DNA from: Hyperthermus butylicus DSM 5456
Lineage (GTDB): Archaea > Thermoproteota > Thermoprotei_A > Sulfolobales > Pyrodictiaceae
NCBI RefSeq assembly: GCF_000015145.1
Contig: NC_008818.1
Span: 630,001 to 662,000 of the forward strand
Direction: 5' to 3'
Length of the DNA stretch: 32,000 bases
Positions within the stretch are counted from its first letter, which is position 1. Each line of letters starts with the position of its first letter. The notes under the pieces are model-generated. The model made no database searches, had not been told where the DNA came from, and was given only the letters and a program-made list of their open reading frames with translations. The position numbers and the translations under genes were made by a program. This document shows, piece after piece, positions 18,160 to 27,176 of this stretch.

Positions 18160-18271
18160 AAGCACAAAACAGCGCAGCTAGAATGGGGCAATAATCTAGA
18201 TATTATCGATGTAGCAAGAGTAAACATTGACGGAAAAGAAGGGTACCTCCACAGAGTTCCAAGCTAGCTAG

Positions 18272-18393
18272 CGAGGGGTCCGGATCAGGTGGGCGTGATG
18301 ACTTGGGAGGCCCCAGGAGTGCGGCCCGCGGCTCAGCCGCCCTCGCCCCACGGGGCGGCGATGCTGAACAGGCTAGGCTCTGACCCTCTTCTA
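18272..18393 (+). ncRNA. Candidate GC-rich structured RNA (class unknown)
   Basis: GC-rich block with nested pairing in AT-richer flanks: closing stem GAGGGGTC/GACCCTTC, hairpins CTTGGG...CCCAGG, GCGGC-TCA-GCCGC and GCCGCCC...GGGCGGC; also contains GTGATGA and CTGA boxes. No ORF in the supplied track covers it. Confidence 0.4.
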
Positions 18394-18606
18394 ATCTCCT
18401 AAGCCCTATGCTTGCCCATGGGTGTCATGTGGAGCAATAGTGTTCTCGGCGACCTTCACTTATGTAGTATAGAACATGACCCTAGGCTTGTTATCGTGTG
18501 TTATTGTATTATTCCTTCTGGCTGAGCGTGTAATGCATAGGTGTAGCTGCTACTCTGGGACTGATAGAGCCCCTATTTCCTGGTTACTGCGTTACACTGT
18601 TACTGG

Positions 18607-18909
18607 GTGACAGACCTGTCTGCCTCGGAAACCGTCCGGGTGAGCAGAATCACCCGGCAGCGGCTAGAGGAGCTCCGCGCCAGGCTAGTTCTGGAGACCG
18701 GTAAGAGATACACCATCCAGGAGATAGTCGACGCTGCAGTAGCGATAGCGGCTAGGATGCGGGATGAGCTGCTCCGCGAGCTGGGAGCCTGGGAGCCGCT
18801 CAGCCGGGATGAGGCCGAAAAGCTGCTAGACATGTACAGCATAGATCTCCCCGTTGAGGACGTGGAAGAGGATATCGATAAGGTGCTATACGGTGAGCTT
18901 ACTGGTTGA
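18607..18909 (+). CDS. VapB-like antitoxin candidate
   Basis: 100-aa ORF VTDLSASETVRVSRITRQRLEELRARLVLETGKRYTIQEIVDAAVAIAARM..., overlapping the downstream PIN ORF start. Confidence 0.65.
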   Translation: MTDLSASETVRVSRITRQRLEELRARLVLETGKRYTIQEIVDAAVAIAARMRDELLRELGAWEPLSRDEAEKLLDMYSIDLPVEDVEEDIDKVLYGELTG

Positions 18910-19300
18910 CACTGGTGTCATATTAGCTGCGCTAGCGAGAAGAGAGAAGAGGCACAGCTGGACCAAAAGGCTAATGGTCGATATACTCGCTGGCCGCTAC
19001 GGCGTCCCCTTCGTCACAGACTATATCGTCGACGAGGTGCTCAGCTACGCCGCTGCCCGTCTCACCCCGGAGGATGCTAGGAAGCTTCTTGACCTCCTCG
19101 TCCACCGCCAGGTGTTCCGCATAATACCATTAACGCTTGACGTGTTCAACCGCGCCGTAAAGCTCTACGAGCAAGCCCTGCCCAGGCTCAGCTTCACCGA
19201 CGCAACAGCGGTGGTGGCGGCAAAGCTATACGATGTAGACTACATCGCCACAATGGATGAGAGGCTAGCAGACATGCACCCCAGCCTCTACCCGCAATAA
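18893..19300 (+). CDS. PIN-domain (VapC-like) ribonuclease toxin
   Basis: LLVDTGVILAALARREKRHSWTKRLM...VPFVTDYIVDEVLSYAAARLT...LSFTDATAVVAAKLYDVDYIATMDERLADM; conserved acidic PIN residues. GTG start at 18893 proposed; the track starts it at 18854. Confidence 0.85.
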   Translation: MSLLVDTGVILAALARREKRHSWTKRLMVDILAGRYGVPFVTDYIVDEVLSYAAARLTPEDARKLLDLLVHRQVFRIIPLTLDVFNRAVKLYEQALPRLSFTDATAVVAAKLYDVDYIATMDERLADMHPSLYPQ

Positions 19301-19510
19301 GGCATACACAAGCCCGCTATACACAGGCTCGCCACAACCAGGTATTGGTGCCGTCCACCCGGCGGCCAAGCATACAACACATATGGCCAAGAGCAGCATA
19401 GGGGCGTAATGTTGAAGTGCTTTAAGTATACTCTCGCATGTCCAGCTGCTGGCGATATGAAAGTATTTTGGTGCTTTTCATACTTGTGGTTCTCACTAGT
19501 TCTATTGTCA

Positions 19511-20485
19511 CTAACTCATCTCGTATATGAGCCGAGTTAAGTGTTCGAGGCCTGGATGCCTACGGTATGCGGGCTCTTCCACTTTCTCATTCTCTGCCCG
19601 TACCGCTATGCAGTAGAGCGTAGCTGCGGCCTGCGATAGTATTGTGGACCAGCAGTCGCCCGTGGCGGGCACCGTGTAGACCTGGAAGCCCGCCTCCCGG
19701 AGTGTCTCCAGTGCTTCCCTCTGTCTGTCACGGCTGGCGATCGAGGACTCGTACACCGCTACTGTCTTGGCTGTGTAGATGGGGGCGTGTACGAGCTGTT
19801 CCAGCCGGTGCGAGGGTGCAGCTTCGCCCCAGACCTCGGCCCTCTTCAGCTCGGCGTAGTGTGCCGAGCTGTAGGCCTCGCAGGCTCCGGCGTAGGCGTC
19901 TGCGCGTGCCAGTTCGCAGGGAGCATCTAGGTTTGCCACCTGGGGCTGGGCGCCGAGGAGCCCGGCAAGAGCGGCGAGCATCGCTACATGCCTAGCTGCG
20001 CCGATGCCCGATGCAAGCCCCGTGTAGACAAGCTCCACGGCATCGTTGGCCAGGCTTGCCAGGGGCGTACCTGGCCCCGTTACAGCCACGACACGGCCTC
20101 CAAGCTCCCGGTACCGCTGTGCAACATCCAGCACGGCACGTGTCCTACCGCCAACACTGAGGGCTACCAGGATGCAGCCCTTACGGGCGAGCCTCCCCAG
20201 CCGCCCAGAGTACAGGGCGTCGAAGGGATCGAGAGCCTCGGCTGTGCCGCCGCTACACGCCTCCAGGGCTAGAGCGGCAGCGTAACTATCACCAGCACCT
20301 ATAGCTGCGATGCACTCGGCACCCTCTAGGAGGGGTTTGGTATGCTCAAGCTGCTCCGAGACAATGGCATTGATTCTCTCTAGCTCCGAGAGGATATACT
20401 TAGCGAGGTTAGCCAAGGTTTGGGCACCCGAAAATTCCGTGTCCGAGAAGAGTAGGCAGCACAACATATTCCCCTGCGACGCCAC
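19511..20485 (-). CDS. SIS (sugar isomerase) domain protein
   Basis: 324-aa ORF: CIAAIGAGDSYAAALALEACSGG...CILVALSVGGRTRAVLDVAQRYRELGGRVVAVTGPGTPLASLANDAVELVYTG. Confidence 0.75.
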   Translation of the reverse strand: MASQGNMLCCLLFSDTEFSGAQTLANLAKYILSELERINAIVSEQLEHTKPLLEGAECIAAIGAGDSYAAALALEACSGGTAEALDPFDALYSGRLGRLARKGCILVALSVGGRTRAVLDVAQRYRELGGRVVAVTGPGTPLASLANDAVELVYTGLASGIGAARHVAMLAALAGLLGAQPQVANLDAPCELARADAYAGACEAYSSAHYAELKRAEVWGEAAPSHRLEQLVHAPIYTAKTVAVYESSIASRDRQREALETLREAGFQVYTVPATGDCWSTILSQAAATLYCIAVRAENEKVEEPAYRRHPGLEHLTRLIYEMS

Positions 20486-21031
20486 TTATATGTGGTGGTC
20501 AGCCAGAGCTTTAACTCCTAGCTGCATGACGCGAAAACTACCAGCATTAAAAGCCGTGCTGCATAGAGGAGGTAACGATCTGTGGCCCATCCATACGAGA
20601 TTACGGTGAAGGTTTCGATTCTTCTCGGAGGACTCCCCATTAGCATTGATAGCTAGTGTTGACGAGGCCAAAGAAGGTAGTTGCATGTGTTATAGCGCTT
20701 GATAACCCCCGATAGCTATGTCTGATGCGAACTTCTTTATCCGCTAGTACGGTTCGACCATGAAGCCAGCAAGTACCGTATTGGCTCCCTATATATTGAT
20801 TATCTCGCGTCTAGAATGGTTATGCTCATGGCGCTGTGCTTGCTCCAACATTTGTTTATGAGTTTTTGTACTGGTTAGCTTTCCGAATTATAATGTGTAG
20901 AATAATATAATTTTTAAAATATGTCATTTTAAGGTTAGTCCTATAACATCTGAGATACTCGTTATTACCTCCTAGCCAGCCGTTCTATCAGCGGTGAGTC
21001 CGGCAGCGTCGTTCTGGGGTGCCGTGGTGCC

Positions 21032-21610
21032 TTGCCTCGTGTCGAGCTACGGTTCCATGGCAGGGGCGGTCAGGGTGCGGTGACAGCTGCAAAGATTGTT
21101 GCTGCTGCCGCGATCATGGAGGGCCGGTATGCGCTGGCCTTCCCGGAGTATGGTGCTGAGAGGCGTGGAGCCCCCGTCGTCGCCTACACGAGGATCGACG
21201 AGGAGCCTATTCTCGAGAGAGAGCCAATCCTCGAGCCCGACGTAGTCGTGGTGCTCGACCCATCCCTAGACCCCAAGGTGTACATGTCTGGGCTGAAGAG
21301 CGACGGTATCCTGGTGATCAACACGAAGAAGACGCTTGACCAGCTAAGTGAATACATTGGAAGGGCTGGGTTCCGGCCGCCACGCTGCATAGCGCTGGTG
21401 AACGCTACTGATATAGCGTTGAAGCATCTGCGCGCGCCGATTGTCAACACCGCGATGCTGGGCAGCCTGATAAAGGCGGCTCGTGTCGTATCGCTCGACT
21501 CTGTTATCGAGAAGGTTAGGGAGACGTTTGGCGAGAGACCCCACGTTATTGAACCCAATATCCGGGCCATAGAGGAGGCCTACAACTCGACCCAGGTGAT
21601 ATGTAGTTGA
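21032..21610 (+). CDS. 2-oxoacid (pyruvate/2-ketoisovalerate-type):ferredoxin oxidoreductase, gamma subunit
   Basis: 192-aa ORF MPRVELRFHGRGGQGAVTAAKIVAAAAIMEGRYALAFPEYGAERRGAPVVAYTRID. Confidence 0.93.
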   Translation: MPRVELRFHGRGGQGAVTAAKIVAAAAIMEGRYALAFPEYGAERRGAPVVAYTRIDEEPILEREPILEPDVVVVLDPSLDPKVYMSGLKSDGILVINTKKTLDQLSEYIGRAGFRPPRCIALVNATDIALKHLRAPIVNTAMLGSLIKAARVVSLDSVIEKVRETFGERPHVIEPNIRAIEEAYNSTQVICS

Positions 21611-21951
21611 GCGGGATGGAGAGGTATCTCGGCCGGAAGTACCCGCAGGGCTATGAGGACATACCCTTAGCAGCTATTGTGCCCTGGCCAGGCAATACTG
21701 CGGAGCTGCCGAAGCACGAGTGGAGGACCTTCAGGCCGGTAATCAACCAGGATAAGTGTGTGAGGTGCAGGCTCTGCTGGACATACTGCCCAGACGGCGC
21801 TATAGTCGAACTCGACAAGGAGTATGTTACAAGCACGGGCCGGAAGTACAAGATAACATTCGAGGTGAACTACGACTACTGTAAGGGCTGTGGTATTTGT
21901 GCCAACGAGTGTCCCGTAAAGGCTATTGAGATGGTTCCGGAGGAGAGGTGA
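21607..21951 (+). CDS. 2-oxoacid:ferredoxin oxidoreductase, delta subunit (4Fe-4S)
   Basis: 114-aa ORF with CVRCRLCWTYCPDGAI and CKGCGICANECPVKAIEMV. Confidence 0.93.
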   Translation: MSGMERYLGRKYPQGYEDIPLAAIVPWPGNTAELPKHEWRTFRPVINQDKCVRCRLCWTYCPDGAIVELDKEYVTSTGRKYKITFEVNYDYCKGCGICANECPVKAIEMVPEER

Positions 21952-23215
21952 GGAGGCCGTGGCCTCGGCGGTTGAGACTAAGCCCGTGGAGAAGGAGCTC
22001 GGGAAGCCTCACGAACGCATAGCCGCCACGGGAGGCGAGGCTGCAGCCTACGCTGCCAGGGATGCAGACATAGACGTGGCTGCAATCTACCCGATCACGC
22101 CACAGACACCCATCGCGGAGAAGATAGCAGAGCTCGTGGCTAATGGCGAGCTGGACGCGGAGCTGATACACGTCGAGAGCGAGCACAGCGCCATGAGCGC
22201 AACAATAGCAGCTGCAGCCACCGGCGCAAGGGTGTTCACCGCCACCGCTAGCCAGGGCCTAGAGCTGATGCACGAAATGCTCTACATAGCTAGCAGCCTA
22301 AGACAGCCCGTGGTAATGGCCCTCGCTACCAGAGCGCTAAGCGCCCCGATAAACATCTGGAACGACTACGCCGACGCGATGAGCATGAGGGATACAGGCT
22401 GGATAATGATCTTCAGCGAGAACGTCCAGGAGGTCTACGACAACATGATACAAGCATACTACATAGCTGAACACCCCGACGTACTCCTACCCGTGGTGGT
22501 AACCCTCGACGGCTTCATACTAAGTCACACGATGGAGGCCCTCGAGCTGATACCCAGGGACGAGGTGCTAGCCTACGCCCCGAAGAGGCCTCGTAGCTAC
22601 CGCCCAGTACTAGACCCAGACAAGCCCATATCAATCGGCGTGCTGGGAGGCCCCAACTGGTACTACGAGGCAAAGATACAGCACGTCCTAGCCCTAAGGG
22701 AGTCCCCGAGGATAATCGAGGAGGCTGCGAGGCTGTTCGAGAAGCGTTTCGGCAGAAGCTACGGCTTCATAGAGAAGTACATGATGGACGATGCCGAGGT
22801 AGCTATGGTAGCTATGGGTGCTACGGCGAGCCTGGTAAAGGCTGCCGTGAAGAGGCTAAGGAAGGAGGGCGTAAAGGCTGGCATGATAAAGATCCGTGTA
22901 TACAGGCCGTTCCCGGCAGAGGAGATAGTAAAGGCGCTCGAGAACGTGAAGGCCGTCGGCGTGCTCAACAGAGCGATAGCGTACGGCGCTCCAGTCGAGG
23001 AGCCCCTATTCCAGGACGTGGTGACAGCGCTAGCCGTGAGGGGGATAATGAAGCCTATGGTGAGCTTCGTCCATGGTATGGGTGGCAGGGACATATTCGT
23101 GAGGGAGATAGTGGACATGTACAAGAAGCTCCTCGACGCCGCAAGGGAGGGCAAGAGTGTGACCCGCACACTCTTCTGGGGCGTAAAGAACCTCGAAGGC
23201 AAACCATACATCTAG
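21926..23215 (+). CDS. 2-oxoacid:ferredoxin oxidoreductase, alpha subunit
   Basis: 429-aa ORF: DVAAIYPITPQTPIAEKIAELVANGELDAELIHVESEHSAMSATIAAAATGARVFTATASQGLELMHEMLYIA. Exact start uncertain. Confidence 0.93.
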   Translation: MRWFRRRGEEAVASAVETKPVEKELGKPHERIAATGGEAAAYAARDADIDVAAIYPITPQTPIAEKIAELVANGELDAELIHVESEHSAMSATIAAAATGARVFTATASQGLELMHEMLYIASSLRQPVVMALATRALSAPINIWNDYADAMSMRDTGWIMIFSENVQEVYDNMIQAYYIAEHPDVLLPVVVTLDGFILSHTMEALELIPRDEVLAYAPKRPRSYRPVLDPDKPISIGVLGGPNWYYEAKIQHVLALRESPRIIEEAARLFEKRFGRSYGFIEKYMMDDAEVAMVAMGATASLVKAAVKRLRKEGVKAGMIKIRVYRPFPAEEIVKALENVKAVGVLNRAIAYGAPVEEPLFQDVVTALAVRGIMKPMVSFVHGMGGRDIFVREIVDMYKKLLDAAREGKSVTRTLFWGVKNLEGKPYI

Positions 23216-23233
23216 CCCGAGGGGTGAACGGGT

Positions 23234-24181
23234 ATGGCTGTTAGGTTCAAGACCCTCTGGGATATCCCGCGCGAGGAGAGGTTCGCCCCTGGCCACCTAA
23301 TGTGCCAGGGCTGCGCAGCAGCACTAGTAATGAGGATGCTGACGAAGGTTATTGGCAAGGATGCGATAATAGTTAACGCAACCGGCTGCGTAGAGGTCAC
23401 CACTACACCGTTCCCCTACACGGCATGGAAGCACCCATGGCTCCACCTGGCATTCGAGAATGCGGGCGCAGCTGCTAGCGGCGTAGAGGCAGCCCTGAAG
23501 GCGCTGCAGAGGAAGGGTGCGATAGACCCGAACCGCAGGATTAAGGTTGTAGCAATAGCTGGTGATGGTGGCACCTTCGATATAGGCCTCCAGAGCCTCA
23601 GCGGCATGCTGGAACGCGGCCACGACGTAATGTTCGTGGTCTATGACAACGAGGCCTACATGAACACTGGCATCCAGAGGAGCGGCGCAACACCCTACGG
23701 TGCATGGACGACAACAACACCGGTAGGCAAGAAGATGCGCGGCGAGTGGAGGCCAAAGAAGGACCTCATAGGCATAGCGCTCGCCCACAGGATACCATAC
23801 ATAGCAACCGCGAGCCCCGCCTACCCGCTAGACATGCTCGAGAAGTTCCGCAAAGCCTACGAAACCAGGGGGCCAAGCCTAGTACACGTACTGAGCCCAT
23901 GCACGCCGGGCTGGAGAATACCCACAGACAAGACGATCGAGGTTGCAAGGCTAGCCGTGCAGACCGGTATGTGGGTACTCCTAGAGATAGAGAATGGCAA
24001 GCCAAAGGTAACAGTGAAGGTGCCAAAGAGGAAGCACGTACGCCACTACCTCAAGCTGCAGGGCAGGTTCCGCCACCTAACCGACGAAGAGATAGAGCAG
24101 ATACAACGCATGGTAGACCACTACGTAGAAGAGATAAACAAGTGGGTAGGCGAACAAGCCATAGGCCCAGTAGTAGAGTAA
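23234..24181 (+). CDS. 2-oxoacid:ferredoxin oxidoreductase, beta subunit (TPP-binding)
   Basis: 315-aa ORF: GHLMCQGCAAALVMRMLTKVIG...VVAIAGDGGTFDIGLQSLSGMLERGHDVMFVVYDNEAYMNTGIQRSG. Confidence 0.95.
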   Translation: MAVRFKTLWDIPREERFAPGHLMCQGCAAALVMRMLTKVIGKDAIIVNATGCVEVTTTPFPYTAWKHPWLHLAFENAGAAASGVEAALKALQRKGAIDPNRRIKVVAIAGDGGTFDIGLQSLSGMLERGHDVMFVVYDNEAYMNTGIQRSGATPYGAWTTTTPVGKKMRGEWRPKKDLIGIALAHRIPYIATASPAYPLDMLEKFRKAYETRGPSLVHVLSPCTPGWRIPTDKTIEVARLAVQTGMWVLLEIENGKPKVTVKVPKRKHVRHYLKLQGRFRHLTDEEIEQIQRMVDHYVEEINKWVGEQAIGPVVE

Positions 24182-24438
24182 ACCCGAGCATTTTTCTTTC
24201 GCACACCCACTCTCTCCTCACAGTCAAGCTCTACGCGCTTTCAAGCCTATACCTTGCAGCTCCATGTACTGGGCGCCTTACACAGTATCAGCTCCCTGCA
24301 CAATCCTGAAGTATTCTGGTCAAGTATATCCTGGCGGGCATACAGCGTAGTAGCCGTGGCATGACAAGCGATTATGTGGCATAGTCGGAGTAAAAAGCAT
24401 AATTGGCTACAATAGGGTAGCATTATTGTAGGTGGCGG

Positions 24439-24642
24439 TTGTCTAAGGTTATCCGTGTTAGGTACGAGAACGGCGTACTAAAGCCTCTTGAGCCTTTAGA
24501 ATTTGAGGAGGGAAAAGAACTTGTCATCAGGATTATAGATGTTGAGGAGAGGAGAAGAGTGCTCAGGAAATACAAGGGTATTCTGGGGCCCGTGGACTCT
24601 AGGCTGCATGAGGAAGCCTTAGAAGAGGCTGAGCACCTTTGA
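24439..24642 (+). CDS. AF2212/DUF104-like small antitoxin
   Basis: MSKVIRVRYENGVLKPLEPLEFEEGKELVIRIID..., the typical short DUF104 motif, directly upstream of a PIN ORF. Confidence 0.85.
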   Translation: MSKVIRVRYENGVLKPLEPLEFEEGKELVIRIIDVEERRRVLRKYKGILGPVDSRLHEEALEEAEHL

Positions 24643-25033
24643 TATATGTTGACTCTAACGCGCTAGTATACCTGTTGCATGATGTGAAACCTAAATCCGA
24701 CCTAGTATCTAGCTATCTGGTCCAAGTAGACCGGGTCTATACTAGTCTTAGAACTGTGGAAGAGGTGTCATACGTACTGATTAGGATAAAGGCTGCTAGG
24801 CATTACGGTGTAAGGGGTATATATCAGGTTAGGGAGGCGGTGAAAAAGCATGGTCTAGAATTTGTAGAGGAGGAATTGGCTGCCCTAAGAAGCCTATTGG
24901 AGGAATATGGGATATTAGGTTACTTCCAGGGGATGCCATTATCGCTTTGACATGTAGGCATTATGGTATTGATACTATCCCGACATTTAATAATGATTTT
25001 AGGCGTGTGCCTTGGCTAAGAGTTGTCCCCTAA
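24639..25033 (+). pseudogene. PIN-domain (VapC-like) toxin with frameshift near its 3' end
   Basis: MIYVDSNALVYLLHDVKPKSDLV...AALRSLLEEYGI, then in another frame LLPGDAIIALTCRHYGIDTIPTFNNDFRRVPWLRVVP*, the typical PIN C-terminal block. Confidence 0.85.
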
Positions 25034-25242
25034 ACTCTAGGAATGGGGGTAGTAGCGAGCCATAGTGGTCTAAAGGTAGAGAATTAGTGGCTGGAAGCGG
25101 TTATCGAAATAGAAGCCATCTACAAACTATACCGTCATTATTCGGGGTCTCGTCTGTAGCTGCAACATGCTCGGAATTCACGCATATCTAGCTTGAGGTT
25201 TCGTATGCAGCCCCAAGCGTCCTGAACGAGTTTTTCAGAAAT

Positions 25243-25560
25243 TTACTTAGTGTCAACGATCTCCTCTGTATAGAGCTTAATGCTGGAACACACTGTGCTA
25301 GAAGCTATGGATTCTAGAGCTGGATGGAGGCTTGGGAAGTGGGTACTCTTCGGGTACCTCACGTGGTTTAGAGTTGCAAGCATGCTATACGCCACGTCCG
25401 CTGATTCCTCCCTAACGGGTAGAGCAAGCATATCGGCATTCAGGACGTCCAGCCCACGCAGCCTATGCGCATAGCTATACATCGCCGAGGAAACGTCAAG
25501 GCACAATACCTCTATGCCGCGGCTTCTTAAAAACCCCCAGCAACCCTACCCGTTCTACAC
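25243..25560 (-). pseudogene. SAM-dependent methyltransferase fragment
   Basis: VLCLDVSSAMYSYAHRLRGLDVLNADMLALPVREESADVAYSMLATLNHV matches class I methyltransferase motifs II-IV, but motif I and the C-terminal part are truncated. Confidence 0.6.
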
Positions 25561-25750
25561 CCTATGTCCAAGAGTAAGGCTTTACGGAGGTCTATGGACG
25601 CAAAATCTCTCTACGAGGCTTACTAGGTACCGTACATCATTCTCTGGGCTCCACGAAAACATAACATCATAAATCTCAGCTCGTCAGTACAAGTCCACGT
25701 GGATGGCGTGAAAAGCTCTCGAACAGCATCTCGGAGAAGTATATAGAGTC

Positions 25751-26117
25751 TTGAGGATTGGCGGTGTATACGTTGCAGACCTCGTCGTCGGGTCGTCCGG
25801 ATGTATTGGTATCTGCGAGGAATGGAGTGTAAGGTATATGGGAAGAAGCTGCACGGCCCGATACATTATAGAATCAATCGAGGACGGATACTATGTGGAA
25901 CGCTTAGAACTCACATGCGCGGATGGCCTACGCTATTACTCCAGATCGAGGCTATTCGCGCCCAAGGCAGACAGCTTGGGTAGAAACAGCTGCGAGGACC
26001 GGCTTCGGCAAGGTGTTGCTACTCAAGCCGTTCACCATAGAAGCTACCAGCAAACCCCAAGGGAGAATCTTTGCAGTACTCGTCAAGACACAGCACGTCC
26101 AGCCCCGAGAGCACTAG
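25751..26117 (+). pseudogene. Fragmented hypothetical protein
   Basis: MRIGGVYVADLVVGSSGCIGICEEWSVRYMGRSCTARYIIESIEDGYYVERLELTCADGLRYYSRSRLFAPK, then plausible continuation KVLLLKPFTIEATSKPQGRIFAVLVKTQHV in another frame. Confidence 0.35.
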
Positions 26118-26405
26118 AGGCAAGTACTCACCAGGGGGCGGTCTCGGAACCTAGTAAGGCTCTAGAGTAATGCTGTTGGTGAGTCTCTACACCTAATTAC
26201 CTAGACGTCTAGGACGATGACGTTGCCTATGAGCGTCCTATAGAGGGTTCACGCTGACTACACTGTCGCTCACAGGCAAGTACTAGAGTAGTGCATGCCA
26301 CAGGAGTCATGATGGTGCCAGTAGCTGGCAGTGCAGGGAAGTATGTTGTCTAAGTACCCGTAATCTAATTAACGTGGGACCCACGCATAGTAATACGGTG
26401 GGTTT

Positions 26406-26708
26406 ATGGCTGTTCGCGTAAAGGTTGATGAAAGGGGTAGGATAACGCTACCTAAGGAGATACGTGTAGCCCTCAACATAATGCCTGGGGATGAGCTGTC
26501 AGTAAATGTTGTAGGAAATAAAATAATTATTGAGAAAAGCATGAATCCATTCGAAAAGCTAAGTAGACTACTTGGCAACATATCATTTGACAGACATCTA
26601 CGTATCGAGGCTGAACGGGAAGCATTAAGGAGCACCAGGGAGAGGCTGGATAAACGTGCCAAGGAAATGCCTCCTCGAAACGGGCTTTCTACTGGCGCTC
26701 AACCCTAA
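26406..26708 (+). CDS. SpoVT/AbrB-type antitoxin (VapB-like)
   Basis: MAVRVKVDERGRITLPKEIRVALNIMPGDELSVNVVGNKIIIEKS, the canonical AbrB swapped-hairpin motif. Confidence 0.9.
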   Translation: MAVRVKVDERGRITLPKEIRVALNIMPGDELSVNVVGNKIIIEKSMNPFEKLSRLLGNISFDRHLRIEAEREALRSTRERLDKRAKEMPPRNGLSTGAQP

Positions 26709-27072
26709 TGATAAGAATCACCAGTGGGCCCTCGAAGTCCTTGCTAGAGCTAAGAGAGGCGAGCTAGAGATTTGCATTTCGCCAGCTGCTCTAGTAGAAG
26801 TATCGCTCATACTGAGAAGCCAGGGAGTAAGCGATGATGTTATAGCAGAAGTACTCAGAACTATGGATGATGCAATAAGCCTTTATACTAGGCCGCAATA
26901 CTGCAGCTTAACACTGCGACATCTCTCGTATGCAGCAGAGCTAAGAACAAAATACCAGAACCTCACATTCTTCGACTCCATACATGCAGCAATAGCCATC
27001 ATAGACAAGTTAGCATACATAGACCTTGACCCTATAGTACGGGACGTAGTTAAATTGGAAACGAAACGCTAG
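26656..27072 (+). CDS. PIN-domain (VapC-like) toxin
   Basis: KCLLETGFLLALNPNDKNHQWALEVLARAKRGELEICISPAALVEVSLILRSQG...LTFFDSIHAAIAIIDKLAYIDLD, overlapping the AbrB-type ORF. Confidence 0.75.
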   Translation: MPRKCLLETGFLLALNPNDKNHQWALEVLARAKRGELEICISPAALVEVSLILRSQGVSDDVIAEVLRTMDDAISLYTRPQYCSLTLRHLSYAAELRTKYQNLTFFDSIHAAIAIIDKLAYIDLDPIVRDVVKLETKR

Positions 27073-27176
27073 GTATACCTGTCTACTCTAATAATACATT
27101 AGTCTTACCTAAGCCATATTTCTCCTTAACAAGCAACTTAAATCGACTTGCATCGTTAATTTGCTTAGGGAGACAA

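Noticed and set aside
18294-18367. Standard C/D box sRNA at the GTGATGA...CTGA motifs
   Set aside because: Spacing of about 63 nt between C and D and absence of convincing D'/C' boxes do not fit a canonical archaeal C/D sRNA; kept only as an unclassified structured RNA candidate.
23704-24309. 201-aa plus-strand ORF overlapping the oxidoreductase beta subunit end
   Set aside because: Shadow frame of the beta subunit gene for most of its length; the tail sequence has no domain-like features.
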